Counted from the stretch's first letter, positions 40,963 to 52,855 are shown. The stretch is DNA of 64,000 bases from Octopus sinensis (GCF_006345805.1 NC_042999.1:22878001-22942000), one strand, 5' to 3'. Translations and numbers: made by a program. Notes: a model not told the origin generated them from the letters alone.

Positions 40963-41627
40963 TCATATTTCAACGTAAGCACCGGTGGCGTTAACCAGTT
41001 TCCTCAAACAGCCAAGTATGGAATGAACAACCTTCTGAAGGACGTCGTCTGGGATATCACTGATAAGCTCCCGAATCCGTGTCTCTAAGTCCTCCAGCGT
41101 GCGAGGTTTTGTGTTGTACACCTCTTCTTTTGTGTAACCCCGCAAGTAAAAATCACATGGAGTGAAATCTGGACTTCTTGGAGTTCTGGACTTCTGCGGT
41201 CACAGTATCCTGCGAATGTTAACTCCTGCACGTAATGGAGTTTCTACAGACGAAAATTCAATTCTTTATGCAACACCGTACATATTGTGTGTCTTGTTTG
41301 TTCACTTTCACGAGTTGCTTGACGTGTTGATTTTTCGCGGGCTGCGATTAAACATTTTCTGCACTGTTGCCATGTTCTGCGCTGATCGGGATGTGGTTGG
41401 ACGGCCACTTCTTGCATCGTTCACAGAGCCCGTGGTCATTAGCTTTGCATGACAACTCTTTATTGCCTCCGGACGTAATGTTGCATGCTTACCTTTCCAT
41501 CTCTGCATGCTTACCTTTCCATCTCTGCATGCTTACCTTTCCATCTCTGAACCAAAACAATGGAATTCCACACTTCATAGCGTGCTGCCATCTTAGCTCG
41601 CGCCTGAACAGTCAAGCGACCTGCCAT
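40963..41627 (-). pseudogene. maT/Tc1-like transposase remnant lacking the catalytic core
   Basis: MAGRLTVQARAKMAARYEVWNSIVLVQRW.., TTGSVNDARSGRPTT..NRSPRK.., joined to PRSPDFTPCDFYLRGYTKEEVYNTKPRTLEDLETRI..TGAYVEI*. Confidence 0.85.
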
Positions 41628-41737
41628 CTGGAAAATAAGAAATAAGAAACACGACAATAAGAAAATAAGAAATCCCCATTAGCGTTGTCTGTTTAAAAAT
41701 TGCTTTCGTCATGACTTTGGTGATATTGAAAATTCTA

Positions 41738-42135
41738 AAGCGGCGAGCTGGCAGAAACGTTAGCACGCCGGGCGAAATGCTTAGCGGCATTCCGTCTGCG
41801 TTACGTTGTGAGTTCAAATTCCGCCGAGGTTCTCTTTGCCTTTCATCCTTTCGGGGTCGATAAATTAAGTACCAGTTACGCACTGGCATCGATGTAATCA
41901 ACTTAATCCGTTTGTCTGTCCTTGTTTGTCCTCTGTGTTTAGCCCCTTGTGGGCAGTAAAGAAATAGGTATTTTGTCTGTCCTTACATTCTGAGTTCAAA
42001 TTCCGCCGATGTCGACTTTGCCTTTTATCCATTCGGTGTTGATAAATTAAGTACTAGTTGCATACTGGAGTTGATCTAATTGACTGGTCCCCTCCGCCAA
42101 AATTTCGGGCCTTGTTCTTAGAGTAGAAAAGGATA
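41738..42135 (+). mobile_element. SINE-B dimer nested in the maT element
   Basis: Junction AAAGAAATA|GGTATTTT at 41966/41967. Confidence 0.85.
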
Positions 42136-42199
42136 TTAAAAACTCTATAAGCAATTTGTAATCCCTAGTTACTTTCCACCCATCCTGATTGCATGCATG

Positions 42200-42510
42200 C
42201 ATACATACATGCGGCACCTTGGGCAAGTGCCTTCTCCTTGGGCCTCAGGTCGACCAAAGCTTTGTGAGTGGATTTGGTGGACAGGTACTGAAAGAAATCT
42301 GTCGAATATATATATATATGTGCGTGTGTGTGTGTGTGTGTTTCTTTGTCAGTCCCCCACCTCCGCTTGACAATCGGTGTTCGTGTGTTTACGTCTACGT
42401 AACTTACTGGTTCGGCAAAAAGAGACTGATAGAATAAGTACCAAGTTTTTTTTTTTAAATTAAGTATTGGGGTGGATTCATTCGATTAAACATTCTTGAA
42501 GGCGGTGTAT
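42200..42510 (+). mobile_element. SINE-A, 5'-truncated and diverged
   Basis: GGCACCTTGGGCAAGTG..GAAAGAA, microsatellite and 3' half. Confidence 0.7.
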
Positions 42511-42567
42511 GCATGCATGTATGCATGTATGTATGTATGCATGTATGTATAACTTGTGTAAAATATA

Positions 42568-42747
42568 TATTTCGTTATTGCCCACAAGGGGTTAAACATA
42601 GAGGGGACAAACAAGGACAGACAAAGGGATTAAGTCGATTACATCGACCCCAGTGTGTAACTGGTACTTTATTTATCGACCCCGAAAGGATGAGAGGCAA
42701 AGTCAACCTCGGCGGAATTTGAACTCAGAACGTAATGACAGACGAAA
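42568..42747 (-). mobile_element. 5'-truncated SINE-B, type 1, with 18-bp TSD
   Basis: TAACTTGTG(T/C)AAAATATA at 42550-42567 and 42748-42765. Confidence 0.85.
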
Positions 42748-42959
42748 TAACTTGTGCAAAATATAATCATCTAATATTGTTACAGATGTTGGTAAATCAC
42801 TTCTCGTAAGCATAAATTGATATTAATATATGCAAATTTTCAATGTGAAATTATGGAAGAATAAATTATTTTTCGTCTTCCATCGCTTTTGGATCTGCGA
42901 ACATTTTGACGATATGACTTTTTGATGAGGTATTTTAAAAACGTATTGAAATCTCAGTC

Positions 42960-43260
42960 AGTTCCTGCATGATATTTATAGTTGAATTTCTGTCCATGAC
43001 CTCCGAAGAGTTGCATGATATGACTCCGTAACATAGATCAACACTTGCACGTGAAGATGCTTCTTGCAAGATGATGCAGGATAAAACAGCATTGTTAAAG
43101 AGGCTGTGGAATCGCATTTCAGAAGCAAGCAAGAAGAGATACTTTGCTATCATGTTCGATGCTTTGTTCAGTACTCACTTCTCTGCAACTCTGATATAAT
43201 TATCAGAGCAGCATGACAGAAGATATACTGTATCAAACGCAAGAAGAGAAAAATACCTAT
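42960..43260 (+). pseudogene. Probable decayed Helitron Rep-helicase fragment
   Basis: Fragments across frameshifts TSEEL, LQDDAG*NSIVKEA, RYFAIM, SMTEDILYQ resemble the LLxDDxxWxxxLxEA..LFAI..MSEDIL inter-domain region. Confidence 0.45.
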
Positions 43261-43969
43261 ATCGATAGCTTACCTTTGCCATATACGATCAAGCACTGGT
43301 TCTCGGTAAAAATAAACTGATCACTTTGGCTGGCAATGAACATGAAAATTGTGATCTGTCAGCCTCAGTTCGAATTGCAACTGCAAATCTCACGCAAGAG
43401 ATTATTTAGTCAAGCAGCTATGGTATTCAAGAACTGAAATAGAATATCTACCAAAATCAATACTACTGGTTCGAGATAAAAAAAAATTTTTAATGATTTA
43501 TATAAGGATAGAAGAAGATTTGCATAACTCGGAAGTAAGCTTTTCATGGAGTCTCGTTCTGAACAGGAAAAGAATTTATTTGATCAACCAGATAAAGTTC
43601 ATTCACTCAATCAGACTGCTATTATTGTGGCTTCAGCAGGAAGTGCTGCAACTTTACACACAGACGGCAGGATTTACTGATTTTAAGCTTTCCGTTAGTC
43701 TTCTATACCATGACAGAACTGTTTGTAATTTTGGCAAAGGATCTAGACGAACGGATTTCTGAAGTAGACCGAACTGAAAGAATGAGATGTCTATATACAG
43801 TATCTCACAGTCTTGCATTTGAAGTTTTCAGTTGCATCTTACAAGATCTTAGAGGTAACACTAACATCATTGGGGAGTTATAATTTTACTCTTTTGAGAT
43901 TGGAGGCAAATCCTGCGAATCTTCCTAATGGACACGCCCGCTGACCAGTTGAGGATAAATCTCAATGAA

Positions 43970-44024
<55 letters not shown>

Positions 44025-44301
44025 GAGAGAAAGAGAGAGAGAGATTGAGTGAAAGAAAGCGGTTAGACATAAAAAAAAATTGTACTGACCCCCGAATGGG
44101 AAAACAAAAAAAGCTTATCATGAAGCTTTGCAATAAGTTCCAAGTCGACAAATTATATCATTATTTTGACGAAAATTGTTCATTGCTTGAAAAATATTGG
44201 TCAAATTTCATAAAATTTAATATGTACTCAATGCATAAAGTGTCATTATTGGGGTCAAGGCCCAATGAAGAGCCCTATCCGACGGCTTTTAAGCTAGTAT
44301 G

Positions 44302-44333
<32 letters not shown>

Positions 44334-44844
44334 ATATGTATATACGACGGGCTTCTTTCAGTTTCTATTTACCAAATCCACTCACAAGGCTTTGATCGGC
44401 CCGAAGCTATTGTAGAAGATACTTGCCCGAGGTACTACGAAATGGAACTGAACCTGGAACCATGTGCTTGGGAAGCAAACTTCTTATCACACAACCACGC
44501 CTGCGCATGAGGGCCTATCCTTTTATCTTTATAACTAAAGTGGAGGCTGTAAATATTATTTCTTGTCTTGTATAATTCTAACTATTTTCCTTAAATCTGT
44601 GATAGCCAGGTTTATATTACTCATTGTCGTTGCTATTTTACCGTTCAGTTTTATCGTTGGTCCTAAGGAAGATTCATTGCTTTTAATTCTTTAATTACTT
44701 TTACCTTTAGATTGCCCTTCCCATAAATGATACTTTTAAAAATTTCCTCATTCTTAGCTTTCTTTTAGTTCCGTTTCTGTTAGTCTGCATTCTGTAGGTG
44801 TTCTAAGTGTATCTTTCTTTCTTCTTTGTCGCCCTTTTCAAGCC

Positions 44845-45135
44845 TATCCAGGCTCATGGGCCTGGTTTCCCGGTTTCTGTGGCGTATGTGTTCCCCCCAG
44901 CTGGACGGGACGCCAGTCCATCGCAGCGTTACTCAAGAAACAGGAAGAGAGAGTGAGAGAAAGTTGTGACGAAAAAGTACAAGAGGGGTTTCCACCACCC
45001 CCTGCTGGAGCATCGTGGAGCTCTTTAGTTTTTTTTTGCTCAATAAACACACGCAACGCCCGGTTTGGTAATCGAAACCGCGATCCTCCGACCTGTAGTC
45101 CGCTGCCCTAACCACTGGGCCATTGCACCTCCACG
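44845..45135 (-). mobile_element. SINE family C with V-core-like motif
   Basis: GCTGGACGGGACGCCAGTCCATCGCAG plus tRNA head. Confidence 0.75.
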
Positions 45136-45639
45136 AAGGAATCACTGCCGACCAGAATATTCAAAATAACGAATACGGCATCTGAACAATCATGAGAAAC
45201 CATGCTTACACAGGAAATAGTCCAGATGCTTCAAAAATAAATAAAGGTGTCAAGATATGATGAGATCGCAAATCTTTAGTGAAAATATTTAGTGTATAGT
45301 TTTGCTGTATTTATTTTCACGTCTTCGTTCTATCATCATGATTTATAACGTCAGCGTTTTCACATTTGTTGTTTCTTTATTCATTACTTGTGCTTTCGTT
45401 GTATTATTTCTTATATATGTCCTTTATCGATTTCTGGTATTTTATTGTGCTTTGAAACTACGCTTCTTAAGCCAACTAATCTATTACATCCAAGATATTT
45501 TGCATCCAAATATTGTGCGAGAATATTATCGTAGTTTCGATCTCTTGGGTAAGATGACGCTGTTAAAATATGCACGTCAAATAGAAACATATTTTTCTCA
45601 TCCATTTATGTATACTCTGTGTGTGTGTGTGTGTATGTT

Positions 45640-46230
45640 TTGCTCTTTTACTTGTGTCAGTCATTTGATTGCGGCCATACTGGAGCACTGCCTTTAGTCT
45701 AGCAAATCGACCCTAGGACTTATTCTTTGTAAGGCTGGTATTTATTCTATCGGTCTCTTTTGCCGAACCGCTAATTTACGGGGATGTACACACACCAGCA
45801 TCGGTTGTCAAGTGATGTTGAGAGGGGGGGACAACACAGACACACAAACACACACATATATATACATATATACCTATGCATATGTATGACGGGCTTCTTT
45901 CAGTTTCCGTCTACCAAATCCAATCACAAGGCTTTGGTCGGCCCGAGGCTATAGTAGAAGATACTTGCCCAATGTGACACGCAGTGGGAATGAACCCGGG
46001 ACCACGTGGCTGGTAAACAAGCTACTTACCACACAGCCACTCCTGCGCCTATATATGCATATATATGACGGGCTTCTTTCAGTTTCCGTCTACCAAATCC
46101 AATCACAAGGCTTTGGTCGGCCCGAGGCTATAGTAGAAGACACTTGCCCAAGGTGGCACGCAGTGGGAATGAACCCGGGACCACGTGGTTTGTAAGCAAG
46201 CTACTTACCATACAGCCACTCCTGCGCCTA
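45640..46230 (-). mobile_element. SINE-A with tandemly duplicated head
   Basis: Two heads (~45885-46050 and ~46065-46230) share private variants. Confidence 0.85.
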
Positions 46231-46793
46231 TTATTTAAGTTAATTTAATATTTGTTTAATTGGGAGTGTATTGGTCAAGGTGACCTACTCCGGTTCGAAA
46301 AATCAGAAATCTGGGAATGCTTTGGAGTAAAAGGTCTCAGAAAATCGATGTTGTACATCAAGTACAAGTCTTTTAGAAAAATAGTTCCTGCTATTCAGAT
46401 TGAGCTACAGTTTAGACCTGTTGTGAAAAAAAGGTGATCATTGAAGTCTGTTGTTACAGATTAATGAATGCTGTTGCCATGGATTAATAAATTCTGTTGC
46501 CACGGATTAATAAATGCTCATGACACAAATCTATGTATAGTACTTAGGTGTTTCTCTCAGAAATTGGTAATTTTTGTCAAGCCCGTTCGCTTGCTATGTG
46601 ATTGCAGTTTTTATCGTATTATTGTTTACCTCACCTGTCATGCTCTGCTATATTTGTGACATTATAGATTTTATTTTTTCTTTATTCATATCCCTTATTA
46701 TTATCCATTCTGCTTTTTTTTTTATTGTGCTGTATGCTTTTATTTCATGTTCTCCACCAAATGCTTTAACCTTTATTGATGTTGGTATGTTAC

Positions 46794-46844
<51 letters not shown>

Positions 46845-47179
46845 CCTCTGTTAATGTCTCAGTAAGAACTTTTTTTATTTGTTTCCAATACATTTTTCTC
46901 CTGAAAGAAGTATTCTCTTGTCTATAAAGCATCTTTATCATCAATGATTTGGTTGATATGATTTGCATAAGAGTTTTTTTTCGTGATTTCTGGAATTCTC
47001 TGATTATTTCAACTTTTCTTTCTCTCTTTTATATGAGACTCCTCTTTTAAAAATTTAGCCAGTCTTCCTCTGTCATGGTGAAGATTAAAAATAAAATAAG
47101 AAATGCGCCCTTCCGTGCAGCTGTTAGCTTGTATATGTAGCTTGAGCAGTGATATTATTCTAATTGTTAATATAATTAT

Positions 47180-47880
47180 TCGAGGTGGCACAAACGTTAG
47201 CATGCCGGACAAAAATGATTAGCGGTATCTCTCCGACTTTATAAGGCGGCGAACTGGCAGAAACGTTAGCACGCAGGGCGAAATGCGTAACCGTATTTCG
47301 TCTGTCGTTATGTTCTGAGCTCAAATTCCGCCGAGGTCGACTTTGCTTTTCATCCTTTCGGGGTCGATTAAATAAGTACCAGTTACGCACTGGGGTCGAT
47401 ATAATCGACTTAATCCGTTTGTCTGTCCTTGTTTGTCCTCTCTGTGTTTAGCCCCTTGTGGGTAGTAAAGAAATAGGTATTTGAGGGCGGCGAGCTGGCA
47501 GAAACGTTAGCACGCCGGGCGAAATGCTTAGCGGTATTTCGTCTGCCGTTACGCTCTGGATCGATTAAATAAGTACCAGTTACGCACTGAGGTCGATATA
47601 ATCGACTTAATCCGTTTGTCTGTCCTTGTTTGTCCCCTCTATGTTTAGCCCCTTGTGGGCAGTAAAGAAATAAGAAACGTTAGCACGCTAGGCGAAATGC
47701 TCAGCGGTATTTTGTCTGCCGCTATGTTCTGAGTTCAAATTCCGCCGAGGTCGACTTTGCCTTTCATCCTTTCGGGGTTGATTAAATAAGTACCAGCTGA
47801 GCACTTGGGTCAATGTAATCAACTAGACCCTTTTCTTAAAGAATTTCAAGCCTTGTGCCTTTGGTAGAGATGATTATTAT
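47180..47880 (+). mobile_element. SINE-B array (old head, two type 1 units, terminal type 2)
   Basis: Junctions at 47475/47476 (GGTAT) and 47672/47673 (AGAAAC). Confidence 0.85.
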
Positions 47881-48400
47881 TAATTATTTGATGAAAACTC
47901 TCAGCTTTCTTTTGCTGGGTGTGATGGAAAGGGTCAGCTTTCCACAGCCAGCGTACTATGGTGACACTTGTTTACTGGCCATGCTTCAAGAACTCTGCGA
48001 AGAATTCATGCAGTTCCAAGCAATGCTGAGTTTTGAAGGTGTTCTGTCTTTACATTTGTACCAATCTTTTTGAACCAAGTTGGTAGCTGAGTGCTGATAC
48101 TTCCAAGTGCACCAATTACTATTGGTATCACTTCTACTAAGGCAGCGAGCTGGCAGAAACGTTAGCACGCTGGGCGAAATGCTCAGCAGAATTTCGGCTG
48201 CCGATACGTTCTGAGTTCAAATTCCGCCGATGTCGACTTTGCCTTTCATCCTTTCGGGGTTGATAAATTAAGTACCAGTTACGCACTGGGGTCGATGTAA
48301 TCGACTTAATCCGTTTGTCTGTCCTTGTTTGTCCTCTCTGTGTTTAGCCCCTTGTGGGCAATAAAGAAATAGGTATCACTTCTACTCTCCTCATTGATCA
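47875..48400 (-). pseudogene. Second R4/Dong-type 3' remnant, split by a SINE insertion
   Basis: VEVIPIVIGALGSISTQL..KLSIAWNC/LLGTA-like sequence aligning at DNA level with 62280-62460; resumes after the SINE at 48372. Confidence 0.7.
48139..48371 (+). mobile_element. SINE-B, type 1, with 15-bp TSD inside the R4/Dong remnant
   Basis: GGTATCACTTCTACT at 48124-48138 and 48372-48386. Confidence 0.9.
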
Positions 48401-49457
48401 AGTAGTAGTAGTAGTAATGGTGGTGGTGGTCGTCGTGGTCGTGGTGGTGGCCGCGGAGGCGGTTCTTGGTAACGTGCGAGTCAGTCTGCTTTTGTATTTG
48501 TATTATAAAATGCAATTTTGAGAAATTTGGGAAGAAAATACTTAGAGACGTTGCGTCAGGAATAGAATTCGAGCGAAGAAAAGATGTATTTTTGCTTCGA
48601 ACATGAAAGATAATATCGTTTTGTTTTAAAAGTGTTTGCCTAAATCAATAAACAATTACATCAGATACATTACATTAGATTAGCACGAAATGTTCCTGTT
48701 ATAGAAAGCAACAGTAATAAAAACAAAGGTAACACTACTGTTAGTTTACAAGATCAGAGCACCAAATAGAACTTTGGTATTGATAAGACAAAACCAGCAT
48801 TAAAACCAGTGAAAGCACTAACAGTTACTTTTGGCAAAGCTGCAGTTGTAATAATGGTAACAACAATCAAAATTTTACCAACAGACATAGAAACAACACA
48901 TTCTTTTAGTTGAAATAGCTAAGTAGTTTAAATAGCTATCTGCATCGTCTGATGTTGAGAAAGATTTGTGAGAGTTTCAACGTCATTAGATAAATGTAAC
49001 AGGTTTTCTAAGGAAAAATGTTTGCAGGGGGAGAAAAACTCAAACGAGATAGTTATTGGTTTTTGCTCTTGGGTGTATTTACAGACAAGAAAATAAATCA
49101 TTTGAATTCGCATGAATATTGCTCCTCACAGTATGAATGTTAATGCTGGGTTATGAACTATATATCATGTCTCTATCTGTTGAGTTATATAAAATTTATA
49201 TCATTTCTTCTCATCATGGTGAGAAGACGTAATATAAATTGATGGAGAATTATGAATGGAATGTATCTACGAGGAAAATGTCAAGAGTTGAAAATTCTAG
49301 TATTGTGCAAGCTTTCAAGAAGGAGCATAGGATTTTGTGATGCTGTACACTTAAGGTTTCCGTTGAAGGAAATATTTCATTCATGAGGTTTTTCTTTGTT
49401 GGGAACAGAGCTGTTCTGAGATTTACATTTCAACTACTATAATCTACAAAAATATTC

Positions 49458-50345
49458 AGGCGCAAGGTTGTTGTGTGGTAAGAAGTTAGCTGCCTAACCA
49501 CATGGTTCCGGTTTCAGTCCCGCTGTGTGACACTTTGCGCAGGTGTCTTCTACTACAGCCTCGGGCCGACCAAAGCTTTGTGAGTGGACGTGGTGGACAG
49601 AAGCTGAAAGAAGCCCATCATGTGTGTGTGTGTGTATGTTTGTGTATGCGTGTCTTTGAGTCTGTGTTTGTCCCTCACAACCGGTGTTGGTTTGATTACG
49701 TCCCCGTACCATAGCGGTTCCGCAAAAAGAGACCGATAAAGTAAGTACCAGTCGCGTACTAGGGTCGATCTAATCGACTGACCTCATCCCCCCCCTCCAC
49801 CCCAAATTTCAGGCCTTGTGCTTATAGTAAAAAGGATTAATAATTAGAGAAAGGATGCGAACTGGTAGAATCGTTAGTGAGTCGGACAAAATCCTTTGCG
49901 ACATTTTTTCGCGGTTTGTTCTGGCTTCGAATTCCACCGGCTTCGACTTTGTTTTTCATCTTTTCGGGATCGATAAAATAAAAACCAGTTGAGAACTGTG
50001 GTGGGAATGGGCGGGGGGGGGGCAAGTAACCGATTAGCACCCAACCAAGCAAAAAAAAAAAAAAAATCACGTCTTGTGTCTATAGTAGAGAAGATTAATA
50101 GTTAGAAAGACGGTGACGAGCTAGCAAAATCGTTTGTGTGGGTCGGACAAACTGCTTGACGGCATTTTCTTCGCGCTCTTTACGTTCTGTGTTCAAATTT
50201 CGCTGAGGTCGACTTTACCTTTCATCCTTTCAAGGATCCATAAAATAAATATCAGTTGAACACGTGGGTCAATGTTATTGACTTACCCACCCCCCTTGAA
50301 GCTGTAGGCATTGTGTCAAAATTTGAAACCATTAACAGTTAGGGA
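49458..50345 (+). mobile_element. SINE cluster: SINE-A ending in a type 2 tail, then two diverged SINE-B type 2 copies
   Basis: Head at 49458; AAATTTCAGGCCTTGTGC tail at ~49805; Deu-core copies at ~49850-50100 and ~50110-50340. Confidence 0.65.
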
Positions 50346-50522
50346 GTTTGTTTTTTTTAGTTTTAAGAAATACAATAATCCCTCGTCATATCACGGTTCA
50401 CCTATCGCGGTTTATTATTTAAGTTTACGTCGATTCTTCTGTGGTGTTGTTTTGCATTTATAATTTAATAAATATATACAACTTATAAATTTTTTTTTTT
50501 AAATATACAGTACATATACATA

Positions 50523-50687
50523 GGCGCAGGAGTGGCTGTGTGGTAAGTAGCTTGCTAACCAACCACATGGTTCCGGGTTCAGTCCAACTGCGTGGCATCT
50601 TGGGCAAGTGTCTTCTGCTATAGCCCCGGGCCGACCAATGCCTTGTGAGTGGATTTGGTAGACGGAAACTGAAAGAAGCCTGTCGTA

Positions 50688-50734
<47 letters not shown>

Positions 50735-50960
50735 ATGTATGTGTTTGTGTGTCTGTGTTTGTCCCCCTAGCATTGCTTGACAACCGAAGCTGGTGTGTTT
50801 ACGTCCCCGTGACTTAGCGGTTCGGCAAAAGAGACTGATAGAATAAGTACTGGGCTTACAAAGAATAAATCCCGGTGTCGATTTGCTCGACTAAAGGCGG
50901 TGCTCCAGCATGGCCGCAGTCAAATGACTGAAACAAGTAAAAGAGTAAAAATAGTAAAAG
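50523..50960 (+). mobile_element. SINE-A, full length, young
   Basis: Intact head, microsatellite, 3' half and (GTAAAAGA)n-type tail. Confidence 0.9.
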
Positions 50961-51125
50961 AGAGAGTACACTACTGTTTCTACTTCGCGGATTTTCACCT
51001 GTCGCAGGGGGGTTTGGAACGTAACACCTGCGACAGTCGAGGGCTTATTGCAGATCTCAGTTTAATTTAAATTTGAGCAACCAGTGGCATATTCAATACC
51101 ATTCACTGTCATAAACTTTGGGGTG

Positions 51126-51188
<63 letters not shown>

Positions 51189-51362
51189 TGGTTTTTCTTT
51201 GATGTAGAGGACATAAATATCATTTAGTGAGTTTATTTTTTCAGGTTTATACAGCACGTTCGAAAAGAAAAGCATTGTACACGAATTTCTGACCAACTAG
51301 TTGATAACAGAGATGTACTTGCATAGCAAGTGACCTGATCTGAGATCGTGTGCTGGAACGAA

Positions 51363-51626
51363 AACAATTGCAGCGTGGAAGGTGTTTATAAGCCATTTAA
51401 GAAACATACAAAAGCCGTTAGATTCACTTCAACATTTGAATTTAATTTGTCAAAATATTTTCGTCGCTTTGGGCCCGCGACCTGTTGAGATTTTGTCAGT
51501 GAACAGGTCACGGTCTCAAAGCGACGAAAATATTTTGACAAATTAAATTCAAATGTTGAAGTGAATCTAACGGTTTTTTGTGTGTTTCTTAAATGGCTTA
51601 TAAACACCTTCCACGCTGCAATTGTT
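51363..51626. repeat. Near-perfect foldback (~120-bp arms, short loop)
   Basis: AACAATTGCAGCGTGGAAGGTGTTTATAAGCC..TTTTCGTCGCTTTG mirrored by CAAAGCGACGAAAA..GGCTTATAAACACCTTCCACGCTGCAATTGTT. Confidence 0.95.
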
Positions 51627-51800
51627 GTAGTTGATAACAGATCTGCTAAAAGTAAGCAAAAGGAATTCCGTTTAAGAGTAGCGCCGAATTAATAAACAAT
51701 TTGTTAACTCATATCCTGAAGAGAGTGTGTATACAGTAAGTATGTATAGTAAGATGGATGGATGGAGCAGACCGAAAGATTAACTAGTGGTTCTCATATA

Positions 51801-52035
51801 TATTTCTTTACTACCCACAAGGGGCTAAACACAGAGGGGGACAAACAAGGACAGTCAAACGGATTAAGTCGACTACATCGACCCCAGTGCGTAACTGGTA
51901 CTTAATTTAATCGACCCCGAAAGGATGAAAGGCAAAGTCGACCTTGGCGGAATTTGAACCCAGAACGTAACGGCAGACGAAATACGGCTACGCATTTCGC
52001 CCGGCGTGCTAACGTTTCTGCCAGCTCGCCGCCCT
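51801..52035 (-). mobile_element. SINE-B, type 1, with 16-bp TSD, just upstream of the coding exon
   Basis: TAGTGGTTCTCATATA at 51785-51800 and 52036-52051. Confidence 0.9.
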
Positions 52036-52124
52036 TAGTGGTTCTCATATAGGCTTGATCACTATGCTACTTGTCCTATATTTGGTACTCTATTTCTTTG
52101 ATCATTAGCGTGAATAACCAACTT

Positions 52125-52160
52125 TAATGTTCTTTTTTTCTTTCTTTCTATATATTCCAG
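52125..52160 (+). promoter_or_regulatory. Polypyrimidine tract and 3' splice acceptor; exon starts at 52161, implying an upstream exon
   Basis: TTCTTTTTTTCTTTCTTTCTATATATTCCAG ends at 52160, 30 nt upstream of the ATG. Confidence 0.75.
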
Positions 52161-52190
52161 AGTTTGAAATTCAAGAAAGAACTGCCAACC

Positions 52191-52479
52191 ATGAGATATA
52201 AACAACAAATCATCATTGTCTTAACTGCTCTTTTTATGGTATACACTGCTGTTGCTAGACGAAGCGATACTCGTGCACGAAGCAGAGGTGCAGGTGCTAT
52301 ACGTAAACCTCGCGATGGACCTATAGAGGAAGGCATGTGTGACCTTGAGCTGTCTTGCCGCGGAGAAGCAACTGTACCAATAAAGCTGCCGATAAGGGGA
52401 CCACGTGGACCGGCTGGACTTGATGGCGAGAAAGGAGAACCTGGTACGGCTGGGGTGCCCGGACTTCCTGGTGTCCCTG
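52191..52479 (+). CDS. First coding exon of a secreted collagen-stalk protein (probably C1q/TNF-related or short-chain collagen-like); remainder not seen in window
   Basis: ATG in GCCAACCATGA context at 52191; 96 codons MRYKQQIIIVLTALFMVYTAVA (hydrophobic signal peptide), then CDLELSC linker and 9 uninterrupted Gly-X-Y triplets (GPR GPA GLD GEK GEP GTA GVP GLP GVP); donor CCTG|GTATGT at 52479/52480 splits the next Gly codon (phase 1). The C1q assignment is inference: no C1q domain is visible. Confidence 0.85.
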
Positions 52480-52571
52480 GTATGTAGACTATTTATTGTC
52501 GATGTATATAGATATGAACATTAACTCCCACACGTACAAGTATATTCACAGATGCAGAAATATTATGATGC

Positions 52572-52621
<50 letters not shown>

Positions 52622-52714
52622 ACGAATAAGTCTATTTGGCATATTTAACCTTTAAATGCTGGCCATTGATATAATTTTTTTTTTTTCGAAAAAACTTTTA
52701 TCCTATATTAGATG

Positions 52715-52775
<61 letters not shown>

Positions 52776-52855
52776 TTATTTAAGGGAATAAAATCCAACT
52801 TACAAGGAAAAAGAATTCAATCTAGAAATACTAAATCAAATTACACACAATATAT

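Larger units (their letters stand above)
40843..42187 (-). mobile_element. Internally deleted maT/Tc1-like DNA transposon with a nested SINE dimer
   Basis: TA|CAGGGTGGGGGAAAAGTAA left end at 40843 and imperfect inverted TTACTTTCCACCCATCCTG ending at 42187; transposase remnant inside. Confidence 0.8.

Noticed and set aside
45540-45600. Possible fourth hammerhead (AAGAT-GACG..CGTC-AAAT)
   Set aside because: Both core boxes are too degenerate to support.
46648-47212. Minus-strand Lys-rich ORFs as a LINE or gene fragment (similar weak cases at 8240-8500, 18400-18800, 20060-20260, 43928-44395)
   Set aside because: No recognisable motif; at best very decayed retroelement sequence.
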